This document shows, one piece after another, positions 19,361 to 31,657 of a stretch of DNA of 64,000 nucleotides (its first letter is position 1; each line of letters begins with the position of its first letter). Under the pieces are notes generated by a model, which was given only the letters and a program-made list of their open reading frames with translations, did not search any database and was not told where the DNA came from. The DNA comes from Calditrichales bacterium (GTDB lineage: Bacteria > Calditrichota > Calditrichia > Calditrichales > J004): positions 3,872,001 through 3,936,000 of the forward strand of contig OZ254086.1 of the NCBI GenBank assembly GCA_965267575.1, read 5' to 3'. The position numbers were made by a program, and so were the translations under genes.

Positions 19361-19647
19361 TCTTTTTTGGCTGACTCTTCCTTCTCCAATCCCCTGGACT
19401 CCGCAATAATCGCCTTGAACAGGCGAATAAGACGTTCATCTTCCAGCGGACCGTTATTCTTTGACACGATATGGCTAATGACCTGCTCTTCCCGTTGCGC
19501 ATCAAAAACAGCCAGATTGATCTTCCTTTTAATATGCCCGATATCGATTGCCAGACGGGCCCTTTCGTTTAAAAGCGGCAGCAACTGGTCGTCAATCTTG
19601 TCGATTTCCTTTCGCAGCCTTTCGATTCGGCGTTTTGCATCTTCCAT
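19357..19647 (-). CDS. Monofunctional chorismate mutase (AroQ type)
   Basis: LRKEIDKIDDQLLPLLNERA...IGHIK...REEQV...IIAESR. Start trimmed to the ATG at 19647. Confidence 0.9.
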   Translation of the reverse strand: MEDAKRRIERLRKEIDKIDDQLLPLLNERARLAIDIGHIKRKINLAVFDAQREEQVISHIVSKNNGPLEDERLIRLFKAIIAESRGLEKEESAKKE

Positions 19648-19654
19648 AATGTTT

Positions 19655-20446
19655 TCAGCGTTTGAATACGTTTTTGACAAACTCCAGGCCATGCCTGATA
19701 GCATCATCACGATTGGCTCCCTTTTCCAGCGATTTAATAAACGCCGAGCCAACAATAAAACCGTCACAATGGTCCCACAGGGCGTCTACATGTGCGGCGC
19801 TGCTGATGCCAAAACCGACGGCAATGGGCAAGCTGCTGATGGAGCGGATTTCTTCTAAAAACTGTTCGGTCTCATGGCCGATAAATGATGAATCACGGGC
19901 GCCCGTAACGCCTGTCAGAGAGACGCAATATATAAAACCGCGGCTACCCGATGCAATCACTCTAAGGCGTTGTTTTGTAGAGGTTGGAGCGGCCAGCAAA
20001 ACAAGATCCGGACCGTCGGAGAAAGCTTCCCGGAAGCCCTCAAGCTCATCCACGGGCAGGTCCGGAATAATAACTCCGGAAACGCCGGCAGCCCGCGCCT
20101 CGCCAACAAAGCGATCCAGCCCGAAAGAGATAAGCGGATTGATATAGGACATCAGGACAAGCGGAATTTTGCAGCCCCTGGCGCGAATGGCTTTTACCAG
20201 TTCCAGAATACGCACAAGATTGATCTTTTTCTGCAATGCGTGGAACGACGCTTTTTGAATGGTTGGCCCGTCAGCCAGCGGATCGCTGAACGGCACGCCC
20301 AGCTCTACAACGTGAACATTATTTTCAGCCAGCGCGCACACCAACGGCACGGTCATGTCGTCATAAGGATATTCCGGTGTAAGGTAGATGATATTGGTTT
20401 TGCCGCCCTGCTCTTTTCGCGCCTCAAAAACGTCACTTAGTTTCAC
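19655..20446 (-). CDS. trpA: Tryptophan synthase alpha chain
   Basis: [27 protein letters not shown] and IVGSA motifs. Confidence 0.96.
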   Translation of the reverse strand: MKLSDVFEARKEQGGKTNIIYLTPEYPYDDMTVPLVCALAENNVHVVELGVPFSDPLADGPTIQKASFHALQKKINLVRILELVKAIRARGCKIPLVLMSYINPLISFGLDRFVGEARAAGVSGVIIPDLPVDELEGFREAFSDGPDLVLLAAPTSTKQRLRVIASGSRGFIYCVSLTGVTGARDSSFIGHETEQFLEEIRSISSLPIAVGFGISSAAHVDALWDHCDGFIVGSAFIKSLEKGANRDDAIRHGLEFVKNVFKR

Positions 20447-21647
20447 GTTTACTCTCCGTGTATTTACGTACCGATTCCAGATCCTTGTCGCCGCGCCCGC
20501 TAAGATTGATCACAACACGCTCGCTGCTGCTGAAGCAGCTGCTGTTTTTAGCCAGCCAGGCTATGGCATGGGCCGTCTCCAGCGCCGGGATAATGCCTTC
20601 CGTCTCGCTCAGCAGGGCCACGCCATCCACGGCTTCATCATCGTCAACGGCCTGGTAATCCACTCTTTTCAGGGCGCTGAGCAAGCTGTGCTCCGGTCCC
20701 ACACCCGGATAATCCAGCCCCGCGGAAACCGAATGCGTCGGTTCGATTTGGCCGTCTTCCGTCTGCAGCAGTATCATTTTGGAACCATGCAGCACGCCAA
20801 TGCGCCCTCGTGAAATGGAGGCGGCGTGACGGTTGGTAAATATACCTTCGCCCGCAGCTTCCACACCGATAAGCTCAACATTCTCATCCTCAATAAAGGG
20901 GTAAAAAATGCCAATGGCATTGCTGCCGCCACCCACACAGGCGATGATCGCGTCCGGCAAAGCATCAAAACGCTCGCTAAACTGCGTTCTCAGTTCATCA
21001 CCGATAACGCGCTGAAAATCGCGCACCATCATCGGGTAGGGATGCGGCCCGACCACGCTGCCGATGATGTAGTGCGTATTGCGCACATTGGTCACCCAGT
21101 CGCGAATGGCTTCATTGGTGGCGTCTTTAAGGGTCTGGGTCCCGGAGGTTACCGCGCGCACTTCCGCCCCCAGCAGTTCCATGCGAAATACATTCGGTTT
21201 CTGACGCTCAATGTCTTCCGCGCCCATATAAACGACGCATTCCATACCAAAGCGCGCGCACACCGTTGCCGTAGCCACACCGTGCTGGCCGGCGCCTGTT
21301 TCCGCGATAATACGGCTTTTACCCATTTTGCGGGCCAAAAGAATCTGACCCAAAGCGTTATTAATTTTATGAGCGCCGGTATGATTTAAATCTTCCCTTT
21401 TCAAGAATATCTGCGCCCCGCCCAGTTTTTCACTGAGCCTTTGCGCATGATAAAGAGGCGTAGGCCGGCCTACAAAATCTTTAAGCATTGCTTTAAATTC
21501 CCGCTGGAATGCTTCGTCTCCGGCTATTTTGCCGTAGGCCTGTTCCAGCTCTTCTAACGCCGGCATAAGTGTTTCCGGGACAAACTTGCCGCCAAATTCA
21601 CCATAATAGCCGCGCTTGTCCGGGTAATTTTTAAAGTATGGCTTCAT
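20433..21647 (-). CDS. trpB: Tryptophan synthase beta chain
   Basis: [37 protein letters not shown] and LSGRGDKD motifs. Confidence 0.98.
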   Translation of the reverse strand: MKPYFKNYPDKRGYYGEFGGKFVPETLMPALEELEQAYGKIAGDEAFQREFKAMLKDFVGRPTPLYHAQRLSEKLGGAQIFLKREDLNHTGAHKINNALGQILLARKMGKSRIIAETGAGQHGVATATVCARFGMECVVYMGAEDIERQKPNVFRMELLGAEVRAVTSGTQTLKDATNEAIRDWVTNVRNTHYIIGSVVGPHPYPMMVRDFQRVIGDELRTQFSERFDALPDAIIACVGGGSNAIGIFYPFIEDENVELIGVEAAGEGIFTNRHAASISRGRIGVLHGSKMILLQTEDGQIEPTHSVSAGLDYPGVGPEHSLLSALKRVDYQAVDDDEAVDGVALLSETEGIIPALETAHAIAWLAKNSSCFSSSERVVINLSGRGDKDLESVRKYTESKRETK

Positions 21648-22270
21648 TATTTCCTGTTCCTGAAAGCAGATTTAACTTCAGATATAAATTTTATAATTTT
21701 TTCGTGGTCTTTAATGCCGGGCTCTTTCTCCACACCGCTGCTTACATCTACAGCCACCGGGTTTGTGGCGGCAACAGCCTGCGCCACGTTTTGCGCATTG
21801 AGGCCGCCTGCCAGGATAAAGGGCCTTTTTCCAAGCCGCCCGGGTATTTCTTCCCAGGGCAAAGCGATGCCCGTGCCACCGGGATTATCCCTGTTACCGC
21901 TGTCAACCATCAGCGGCGTATCCTGCCACGCTTCAAGCTGTGCTTCAAGTTGGTCGTTCCAGTGTACAGCGCGGACAACGGGCCTGTTAATATGCATACG
22001 CATTTCAGGACGCTCTTGTCCGTGCAACTGCACATGAGTTAACCCGACATTTAATATGGTTTTATTGATTTCTTCCACGGTAGCGTTTACAAAAACTCCC
22101 ACACGCGCCGTAAAGGGTTTAAGCGCCGCGCTGATGGCACCTGCCTTTCGCGGCTCGACGCAACGTTTGCTCCTAGCAAAAAAGACAAAACCAACAGCAT
22201 CGGCGCCGGCATTTTCTGCTGCCAGAGCGTCCTCTAACCGTGTTATCCCGCAGATTTTAATCTGGATCAT
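21647..22270 (-). CDS. trpF: Phosphoribosylanthranilate isomerase
   Basis: KICGIT, VQLHG, GGTG, LAGGL and DVSSGVE motifs. Start trimmed to the ATG at 22270. Confidence 0.95.
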   Translation of the reverse strand: MIQIKICGITRLEDALAAENAGADAVGFVFFARSKRCVEPRKAGAISAALKPFTARVGVFVNATVEEINKTILNVGLTHVQLHGQERPEMRMHINRPVVRAVHWNDQLEAQLEAWQDTPLMVDSGNRDNPGGTGIALPWEEIPGRLGKRPFILAGGLNAQNVAQAVAATNPVAVDVSSGVEKEPGIKDHEKIIKFISEVKSAFRNRK

Positions 22271-23027
22271 CTGAAAAAAGCCTTTTGTGGGTCCGGGCGA
22301 TATCATCACTGCGCATCAGCGTCTCACCTATCAAAACCGCGTTGAAGCCGGCTTGTTCAACCTTCACGATGTCTTCACGCTTTGACATGCCGCTTTCTGC
22401 CACTTTAACGATATCGGCGGGCATTTCTCTGATCAATTGAAGCGCCGTATTCATATCCACTTCAAACGTATTCAGGTCGCGGTTATTCACGCCAATTATT
22501 TCGGTGTTGTAATCCAGAGCCCGTTCCAGTTCCTTGTGGTTGTGTACTTCAACAAGGCACTCCAGATTGCGTTCGGCGGCGGCAGCCATAAGCTCGGCCA
22601 TCTGTCCGCGCTCCAGCATGGCCACAATCAGCAAAATGAAATCCGCGCCATAACACCAGGCCTCATGAACCTGCAGGGGATCAATAATAAAATCTTTTCT
22701 TAAAACAGGCAGCGATGTTTCCCGTTTTACCTTCCTCAGAAAATCAATGTGACCCTGAAAATATTTTTGATCAGTCAAAACGGAAATGGCCTGCGCAGGC
22801 AGCGAGCTGTAAAGATGCGCCAGGTGAACGGGGTTAAAGTCTTCCCGGATCAATCCTTTCGATGGCGACGCTTTTTTTATCTCGGCGATCAGCCCGATAC
22901 CTTCGTGCGCCTCAATCGCCCTGCGGAAAGAAAGTAGCGGGAAGTCGCGTTCCGAAGAGAGCCGCTTTTTTATAGCGCCAAGCTCTCTTTTTTTTTCCTG
23001 ATAGATTTCCTTAAGCAAACTATGCAT
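22257..23027 (-). CDS. trpC: Indole-3-glycerol phosphate synthase
   Basis: IAEIKKASPSKG, SVLTD, LRKDFI, GVNNRDL, AESG and LIGE motifs. Confidence 0.96.
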   Translation of the reverse strand: MHSLLKEIYQEKKRELGAIKKRLSSERDFPLLSFRRAIEAHEGIGLIAEIKKASPSKGLIREDFNPVHLAHLYSSLPAQAISVLTDQKYFQGHIDFLRKVKRETSLPVLRKDFIIDPLQVHEAWCYGADFILLIVAMLERGQMAELMAAAAERNLECLVEVHNHKELERALDYNTEIIGVNNRDLNTFEVDMNTALQLIREMPADIVKVAESGMSKREDIVKVEQAGFNAVLIGETLMRSDDIARTHKRLFSDDPD

Positions 23028-24030
23028 TTGTTGCCTGTACAAGTTTGTCGAGCCGTTCGCGCGCGGCGCCGCTCATGATCGATTCACGGGCCTTGTCCAC
23101 CCCCTCTTTAAACGAAGCTACAATTCCTGAAACGTAGATGGAGGCTGCTGCATTAAGAATGGCGACATCGGCAGGCGCACCGGCCTGGCCGTCCAGAATA
23201 TCGGAAATAATTTTCTTGTTTTTATCGCAGCTGTCCGATTGAATTTTGTCAATGGTATGCGCGGGCAAACCGTAATCAGCCGGGCTAATCGTATATTCGC
23301 TTACTTTACCCTCTTTCAGTTCACACACAAACGTCTTACCGCTAATAGAGATTTCGTCAAGGCCGTTCTCGCCGTGAACCACCATAACATGCTCCGAGCC
23401 CAATTCACGCATCACCTCGGCCATGGTGCGGCACAGGTTTTTGTCATACACGCCTATCACCTGTCGTTTTACCCGCGCCGGATTGGTCAGCGGGCCCAGC
23501 ACGTTAAAGATCGTCCTCACACCCATTTCCCGTCGCGGCCCAATGGCATATTTCATGGCCTTGTGATAGAGCGGCGCAAAAAGGAAGGCCAGCCCCACCT
23601 TGTTAAAAACCTCGATAAATTTATCAATGGAAAGATCGATATTGACCCCGAAGCTTTTCAGAATATCCGCGCTGCCGCAGTGGCTGGATACAGAACGGTT
23701 CCCGTGCTTGGCAATACGCACTCCGGAGCCCGCTGCCACAAAGGCTGCCGTAGTTGAAATATTAAACGTATGCAGATTATCGCCACCGGTGCCGCAGGTA
23801 TCCACAACATGTGTTGTATCAATCTTAAAACGCTCCGCTTTACCGGCCATAGCTTCCGCCGCTCCGCTGATCTCCTCCACCGTTTCACCCTTAATACGCA
23901 AGGCGGTCAGTATTGCCGCTATCTGCGCGTCACTGGCGTTTCCTTCCATGATATTATCAATAACCTGGCGCGATTCCGCCCGGTTCAGGTTCTCACCGGC
24001 AATAAGCCTGGCTATCACCTGCTGCATCAT
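23020..24030 (-). CDS. trpD: Anthranilate phosphoribosyltransferase
   Basis: DTCGTGGD, NIST, KHGNRSVSS, GPLTNPA and GLDE motifs. Confidence 0.97.
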   Translation of the reverse strand: MMQQVIARLIAGENLNRAESRQVIDNIMEGNASDAQIAAILTALRIKGETVEEISGAAEAMAGKAERFKIDTTHVVDTCGTGGDNLHTFNISTTAAFVAAGSGVRIAKHGNRSVSSHCGSADILKSFGVNIDLSIDKFIEVFNKVGLAFLFAPLYHKAMKYAIGPRREMGVRTIFNVLGPLTNPARVKRQVIGVYDKNLCRTMAEVMRELGSEHVMVVHGENGLDEISISGKTFVCELKEGKVSEYTISPADYGLPAHTIDKIQSDSCDKNKKIISDILDGQAGAPADVAILNAAASIYVSGIVASFKEGVDKARESIMSGAARERLDKLVQATNA

Positions 24031-24042
24031 AAGCTGTTCCTT

Positions 24043-24870
24043 TTATTGCTTTTCAAGATTGTTATAGGCCTCTATGATGGGATCAAACCCGGGATGTGCG
24101 GCTTTTTCCAGGTACATGGGCAAAAAACGAGCAGATACTTCATACTGCCCCGCTTTTTCGCTTACCCGGATGTGCGCCAGTATCTCTCCGTCGGCGCCAC
24201 CGCTCACTACAAAAGGGCTGCCTTCCATCTCCTTATACGGGCGTTGTGTATGGGCCGTCAGCAATAGATCAATCCCCGGATGTTTTTTAATAAACGCCTC
24301 TATGCCGTTATCAGGCCCGTGATAAAGAACCACGTCCAGCGTTGAATCGCTTGTTACTATACTTTGCGCGGGGAGCGGCTCATTCTCCATCGCCAATGAC
24401 GGCTCCAGCCACGCGGAGATCAGCATGCCGTAGCGGCTTAAAACCGTATCCCCGGCTGTGCCAAAAAAGCGATCTTTGTGTTTGTTGAAAAGCGCTTTTT
24501 CCCTGCGCTCCTGGTCACCGGCAAAACGCAAATCCGGTTTCACGATATCCTGGGCTTGCAGCACCAGACGGTTTAGCGCGGCGTAAGGGTAAGGACCAAA
24601 GCTGTCGCCTCCGTCGATAACGATCAGCCCGGGATGGGCCTCGCGCAAACTGTCAACGGTTGCCGCGATCCTGTCCAGCCCGCCAAGAGGCGGATCACCG
24701 CACAGACAGTTTTCCAGGTTAGCGTTGAGATTTGCCCAATAGGCAATGTGCCATGTTCTGGCCGTATGTGTCGTGGAAGATAACCGATCCTGCGTACTTT
24801 CTTTTTGTTCAGCGCCACAGGAGAGCAGGATCAAAATCTGCAGGGCGATGACGGAAAACAGGCGCATCAT
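24043..24870 (-). CDS. Lipoprotein, UshA/5'-nucleotidase N-terminal-like metallophosphoesterase fold with CxC motif
   Basis: Lipobox LLSC; NLENCLCGDPPLGGLDRIA, IDGGD, GDQE, LYHG, AHTQ; ATGA overlap with the purA stop. Confidence 0.7.
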   Translation of the reverse strand: MMRLFSVIALQILILLSCGAEQKESTQDRLSSTTHTARTWHIAYWANLNANLENCLCGDPPLGGLDRIAATVDSLREAHPGLIVIDGGDSFGPYPYAALNRLVLQAQDIVKPDLRFAGDQERREKALFNKHKDRFFGTAGDTVLSRYGMLISAWLEPSLAMENEPLPAQSIVTSDSTLDVVLYHGPDNGIEAFIKKHPGIDLLLTAHTQRPYKEMEGSPFVVSGGADGEILAHIRVSEKAGQYEVSARFLPMYLEKAAHPGFDPIIEAYNNLEKQ

Positions 24871-26138
24871 ACATGAATGATCTGGTCGCGCCTTTGGCCA
24901 ACGGAAATATATTTCACCGGCCGGTCGAGATAATCTTCGATAAAGGCAATGTAGTCGCGTGCAGCCTGCGGTAAATCCGCCCGTGAGCAGCATCCGGCAA
25001 TATCCTCTTCCCAGCCCGGGAACTCCCTGTAATTAGGTCTGGCCGTTTTGAGGGCGTGCTGATCTGCCGGAAACTCGGTTATCTCGCGCCCGTCCACAGT
25101 ATAAGAGATGCATACCCTGATTGTTTTAAAGCCCTGCAGCACATCGATTTTAGTCAGCGCGATATTGGTTAACCCGTTAATCTCCCCGGAGTATTTTGCT
25201 GCAACCAGGTCAAGCCATCCGCAGCGCCGCGGCCTGCCGGTTGTGGCGCCGAATTCATGCCCCTTTTTTGCCAGGGTCTTGCCGTCTTCATCATTAAGTT
25301 CCGTGGGGAAAGGGCCATTGCCAACGCGCGTCAAATAAGCTTTCATCACGCCCGTAATCTGAGCGCCCACGGGGGCCAGCGCCGATCCGGTAAAAGCTCC
25401 ACCGGAAACAGTATGCGAAGAGGTCACATATGGATAGGAGCCAAAGTCGATATCCAGCAGGGCCCCTTGCGCTCCCTCAAGTAATATCGGTCGCTCCGAG
25501 CGCCGGAAATCATTAACCAGCGTATAGGTCTCTTTTATGTAGGGACGTAATTTGTCCGCGTGCTCAGCGGCAAAGGCTTTCATTTCATCAAGGTCAATTG
25601 TGTTACAATGGTAGTATTCACGCAGCATAAAATTTTTCTGGCGCAGATTGTCTTCCAGCTTGGATATGTAAGCGTTTTCATCCAGCAAATCGATGGCGCG
25701 TATGCCGGTGCGGTTGTATTTGTCTGCGTAGGCAGGCCCGATGCCGCGACCGGTTGTTCCGATTTGTTTTTTGCCTTTTTTGCTTTCGGCCATGGCATCC
25801 AGAACTTTGTGGTAGGGAAAGATGATATGGGCCCGCGGCGAAATGAACAGTCTGCGCGCGTAATCAATCCCGGCTTTTGAAAGAACGGCCAGCTCATCAC
25901 AAAAGGCAACGGGGTCCAGAACAACGCCATCACCTACAATGCAGATAACACCGTCGCGCAGGATGCCGGACGGGATAAGATGTAACACATATTTTTTTTC
26001 GCCTACATAAACCGTGTGCCCTGCGTTGGCGCCGCCCTGGTAACGGATTACCATGTCCATATCGGCGCTCAGCACATCAATTATTTTTCCCTTCCCTTCA
26101 TCGCCCCACTGGGCGCCCACAACAATTATTACGGCCAT
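24867..26138 (-). CDS. purA: Adenylosuccinate synthetase
   Basis: QWGDEGKGK, GGANAGHT, GTTGRGIGPAY, EGAQG and TTGRPRRCGWLD motifs. Confidence 0.98.
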   Translation of the reverse strand: MAVIIVVGAQWGDEGKGKIIDVLSADMDMVIRYQGGANAGHTVYVGEKKYVLHLIPSGILRDGVICIVGDGVVLDPVAFCDELAVLSKAGIDYARRLFISPRAHIIFPYHKVLDAMAESKKGKKQIGTTGRGIGPAYADKYNRTGIRAIDLLDENAYISKLEDNLRQKNFMLREYYHCNTIDLDEMKAFAAEHADKLRPYIKETYTLVNDFRRSERPILLEGAQGALLDIDFGSYPYVTSSHTVSGGAFTGSALAPVGAQITGVMKAYLTRVGNGPFPTELNDEDGKTLAKKGHEFGATTGRPRRCGWLDLVAAKYSGEINGLTNIALTKIDVLQGFKTIRVCISYTVDGREITEFPADQHALKTARPNYREFPGWEEDIAGCCSRADLPQAARDYIAFIEDYLDRPVKYISVGQRRDQIIHV

Positions 26139-26150
26139 CCTAAAACCTCA

Positions 26151-26181
26151 AAAAAAAACTCCGGCGTTTGACCGGAGTTTG
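26151..26181 (-). terminator. Terminator-like hairpin between the STAS gene and purA
   Basis: Minus strand AAACTCCGG-TCAAACG-CCGGAGTTT followed by a long U-tract. Confidence 0.7.
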
Positions 26182-26198
26182 ATGAAATTACAATACTC

Positions 26199-26534
26199 TT
26201 ATAATTGCTCAATCGCCTTATCGACGCTATCCTCCAGACTAAATACCGAAATCAGCTTGGTTATCTTGAGCAGATTCTTAATGCGATCGGATGCGTTTAC
26301 CAGAAAAAGCTTACCACCATTGTTTTTCAGAGTGGTTACCGCATTGATCAGGATGCCCAGCCCCGAGCTGTTCATCCATTCGACATGCTCCAGATCGATT
26401 ACAATGCGCTTTTTGCCGCTATCGATAAACTGGTTGATCTGGTCGTTAATCTGGTTTGCTTCCGGCCCGCCCATAATCTTGCCGCTTAAAGCGATAATGA
26501 CGACACCGTTCTGTTCAGATACGCGGTTTTCCAT
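26199..26534 (-). CDS. Anti-sigma factor antagonist (STAS domain)
   Basis: LSGKIMGG...IDLEHVEWMNSSGLGIL with the phosphorylatable Ser. Confidence 0.92.
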   Translation of the reverse strand: MENRVSEQNGVVIIALSGKIMGGPEANQINDQINQFIDSGKKRIVIDLEHVEWMNSSGLGILINAVTTLKNNGGKLFLVNASDRIKNLLKITKLISVFSLEDSVDKAIEQL

Positions 26535-26563
26535 GCTGTCTTTCCCTTTCGGGTAAAATCAAT

Positions 26564-27457
26564 TTACGCCTTTTTGCCGCGCCAGTCAGTTACGATCGGG
26601 CTGGCAACAAATATTGTTGAATATGTACCAATCACGATACCAATAATCAAGGCCAGGGAGAAAGTTCTTAATACTTCGCCGCCGAAAAAGTAAAGAACCA
26701 GCACAACAATAAGAGTTGTACCGGAAGTTACTATCGTGCGCGACATGGTTTCGTTAATGCTGCGGTTTACGAGCCCTGCCAGGTCTTTCAGGCTTTTGCT
26801 TGCGGCCTTCAGGTTTTCACGTATGCGATCGTAGACGACAATGGTATCATTCAATGAATACCCGACGATCGTCAGCACAGCAGCGATTATAGGGGCGGAG
26901 ATTTCAATATCAAGAATCGAAAACATACCCAGTGTGATAATTACATCATGCACAATCGCAGCGATCGCACCTATAGAAAATTTGAACTCAAAACGCCACA
27001 TCACATAAATCAGGATCAGGACCATGGCCCAGAAAACGGCAAGCAGCGCCTGAACAATCAGTTCCCTTCCGACCTTTGGCCCTACACTCTCCACACGTTG
27101 TACTTCAAAGGGATTGTCTGCAATACTTTGTGAAAGCGCCGTATTGATCGTTGCCGATACCTCATCGACCGATCTTTCAACACCTGTCCGTATCGAAATC
27201 TCATTTCTTTCACCGAAATGTTTTATTTCGGCGTCGCCAAAACCTTTATCGGCAATGATGGAACGAATATTCTGGATTTCCACGTTCTTTTCGAAGCGCA
27301 GGTGTAACAGTGTACCACCCGTGAAATCAATATTGTAGCGCGGACCACCATGTGCAATCAAACTTACTATGGACGCCAGAATCAGTACGGCGCTAATAAT
27401 ATAACCGGCCTTTCGATTAGGTATAAAGGCAAAATTTGCGTTTTTAAAAATATGCAT
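26564..27457 (-). CDS. secF: Protein translocase subunit SecF
   Basis: IDFTGG, VGPKVG, HD, GYSLNDTIVVYDRIRE and GTYSTIFVASP motifs. Confidence 0.96.
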   Translation of the reverse strand: MHIFKNANFAFIPNRKAGYIISAVLILASIVSLIAHGGPRYNIDFTGGTLLHLRFEKNVEIQNIRSIIADKGFGDAEIKHFGERNEISIRTGVERSVDEVSATINTALSQSIADNPFEVQRVESVGPKVGRELIVQALLAVFWAMVLILIYVMWRFEFKFSIGAIAAIVHDVIITLGMFSILDIEISAPIIAAVLTIVGYSLNDTIVVYDRIRENLKAASKSLKDLAGLVNRSINETMSRTIVTSGTTLIVVLVLYFFGGEVLRTFSLALIIGIVIGTYSTIFVASPIVTDWRGKKA

Positions 27458-27490
27458 TCTGTTTTAACTCTCCTTATTTCGCGGCAGCAC

Positions 27491-29401
27491 TCAAATGCTC
27501 AGCTTCGTAACTGCACTCTTTTCCAGATACTTTGTAAAAATAACGCGGGTAACGATAATCGCCGTAAACATACTGGCCACAATACCAATCATCAGCGTAA
27601 CGGCAAAGCCCTTAATCGGTCCTGATCCGTAGGTAAACAGAACCAGACCTGCAATAAACGTCGTTACGTTGGCATCCAAAATGGCAGAAAATGCCTGACC
27701 ATAACCCTGGTCCACCGCGGCCCTGACTGTCTTGCCACGGTCGAGCTCTTCGCGGATACGCTCGAAAATAAGCACATTGGCATCTACCGCCATACCTATG
27801 GTTAGGATTATGCCGGCAATACCCGGCATGGTCAACGTGGCGCCAAGGGAAGCCATGACAGCCATTATGAAAATAATGTTAAGAATCAGCGCCGTATCCG
27901 CCACAAGGCCGGAAAGGCGATAATAAAAAATCATAAAAAGCATTACCAGGGCCAAACCTATCGCTGCCGAATAGCTTCCTGCAATAATCGAGTCTCGGCC
28001 CAGCGAAGGACCAACTGTCCTTTCTTCGATTATCTGAACGGGTGCGGGCAGAGCACCGGCCTTCAACACAATAGAAAGGTCATTGGCGCTTTCCATCGAT
28101 TCCATGCCTGTAATACGGGCACGTCCGTTATTAATCTTGGTTTGCAATGTTGGAGCCAGAAACACTTTCTTATCGAGAATTATGGCCAGTCTTTTGCCGA
28201 TGTTGGCACCGGTTACGCGGGCAAAAGTGCGCGCGCCGTCATCATTAAACGTAAGTGATACTTCAAACTTGCCGACACTGGCGGGATCGGCCATACTGCC
28301 GGTTTGTGGCCGGGTATCAACGATCGATTCGCCGGTCATCTCCTGCTTTTTGTTGAGAAGATAGACGGTTAAATACTCTTCCGCAGAGCTATTGGGCGAA
28401 CCAAACATAAATTCCGCACTACCCGCTTCTTCAGCAATGATTTTCTTGACTTCCGGCATTTCAATGATCTTGTTAAATTTTTCTTCATGCTCTGCCGGTA
28501 CCAGTATCTGCTGCGGATCTACCGGTGAACGGAAAAAGAGCTGTTCGGTAATCATGCTCTCCTGTTCGCCCGCTGAGGCCATTGCCGTATCCTGCTGGCC
28601 CTCTTCAACGCCAAAAAGTTCTTCCAGCGCGGTTGCCGTAGATGTATCTTCAGCAGCAACTTCCGTCTCAGCCGTCTGTGCATTGCCAGGCTTTGCCGCT
28701 GTCGCCGTATCCGGCTGGTTTAAACGGTTCTGAATAAATTCGTTTATGCGCTCAGCTACGCGAGTGGTCACTTCGGCACTTTTAACAAGCTTAAATTCCA
28801 GCAAAGCGGTTTTACCTATAAGCTGGCGCACCCGCGCGGGCTCCGTAACACCGGCCAGTTCAACGATAATACGCCGGTCTCCCTGTTTCTGGATAGTGGG
28901 TTCGGATACACCAAATTCATCCACACGGTTACGCAAAATTTCCAGAGAGCGGTCAACCGCTTCTTCCGTCTGCTCATTGAGATAAGCAATCACATCCGCT
29001 TTCTCACGGCGTTCCGCGCTGCCGAAATAGCGCGTTACCTGCATGCCTCGCTCTTCAAGCTGAGTGGCAAAAAGATCAATAAAATTTTCATCTGTTTCGC
29101 GCACAATCTCTTCAGTCTGATTAAGAGCGTCTATAAAAGGCTGGTTCTTGTTTTTAGCAAGCTTGTCCAGAAGCTCCTTGACATCCACCTCCAGGACAAC
29201 ATGCATACCGCCCTGCAGATCAAGTCCCAGGTTGATGGCTCTTGCTTTAAGATTTATTAATTCTTCCGGGTTTTCATTCTGGAGTTGTTCTTTCTCAGCT
29301 TCGCTAAGCATGCTGAGCCTGATGGTAGGGTATAACATGTACGCAGCCAGAACAATTGCTGCCACAATAAATACTACCCTCATAGTCATACTCGATTTCA
29401 T
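27491..29401 (-). CDS. secD: Protein translocase subunit SecD
   Basis: LGLDLQGG, RVDEFGVSEP, GALPAP, VGPSLG and GMAVDANVLIFERIREE motifs. Confidence 0.97.
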   Translation of the reverse strand: MKSSMTMRVVFIVAAIVLAAYMLYPTIRLSMLSEAEKEQLQNENPEELINLKARAINLGLDLQGGMHVVLEVDVKELLDKLAKNKNQPFIDALNQTEEIVRETDENFIDLFATQLEERGMQVTRYFGSAERREKADVIAYLNEQTEEAVDRSLEILRNRVDEFGVSEPTIQKQGDRRIIVELAGVTEPARVRQLIGKTALLEFKLVKSAEVTTRVAERINEFIQNRLNQPDTATAAKPGNAQTAETEVAAEDTSTATALEELFGVEEGQQDTAMASAGEQESMITEQLFFRSPVDPQQILVPAEHEEKFNKIIEMPEVKKIIAEEAGSAEFMFGSPNSSAEEYLTVYLLNKKQEMTGESIVDTRPQTGSMADPASVGKFEVSLTFNDDGARTFARVTGANIGKRLAIILDKKVFLAPTLQTKINNGRARITGMESMESANDLSIVLKAGALPAPVQIIEERTVGPSLGRDSIIAGSYSAAIGLALVMLFMIFYYRLSGLVADTALILNIIFIMAVMASLGATLTMPGIAGIILTIGMAVDANVLIFERIREELDRGKTVRAAVDQGYGQAFSAILDANVTTFIAGLVLFTYGSGPIKGFAVTLMIGIVASMFTAIIVTRVIFTKYLEKSAVTKLSI

Positions 29402-29484
29402 TTAAATCAACAATCCTCCGGATATATGTTAATACAGGAATTTGCAGTTAGACATTGGTCGTTCATTTTTTACAAAAGAGAACA

Positions 29485-29513
29485 AATTTATGAGTACCCC
29501 CTTGTAAAGTCAA
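29485..29513 (-). promoter_or_regulatory. Putative housekeeping promoter for secDF
   Basis: Minus strand TTGACT-17 nt-TAAATT(TG). Confidence 0.65.
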
Positions 29514-29520
29514 ACAAAAT

Positions 29521-31536
<2,016 letters not shown>

Positions 31537-31549
31537 TCAGGGTTGCGCA

Positions 31550-31578
31550 AACTTAACGCTGCTCTTTCTTTTTTTCAA
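31550..31578 (-). promoter_or_regulatory. Putative promoter for ligA
   Basis: Minus strand TTGAAA-17 nt-TAAGTT(TG). Confidence 0.55.
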
Positions 31579-31597
31579 TCAGTTAATACCGCTGCTA

Positions 31598-31627
31598 TTG
31601 GAATTTTTTTTAGCTTTTGGTTATACT
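31598..31627 (+). promoter_or_regulatory. Putative divergent promoter for the lipoprotein-to-smc operon
   Basis: TTGGAA-18 nt-TATACT just upstream of the first plus-strand gene. Confidence 0.5.
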
Positions 31628-31657
31628 ACAAGGTTTATGAGAAAGTCGTTTCCCTAC

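Noticed and set aside
24690..24715. Selenocysteine read-through in the UshA-like gene
   Set aside because: Both Cys codons are TGT/TGC and there is no in-frame TGA.
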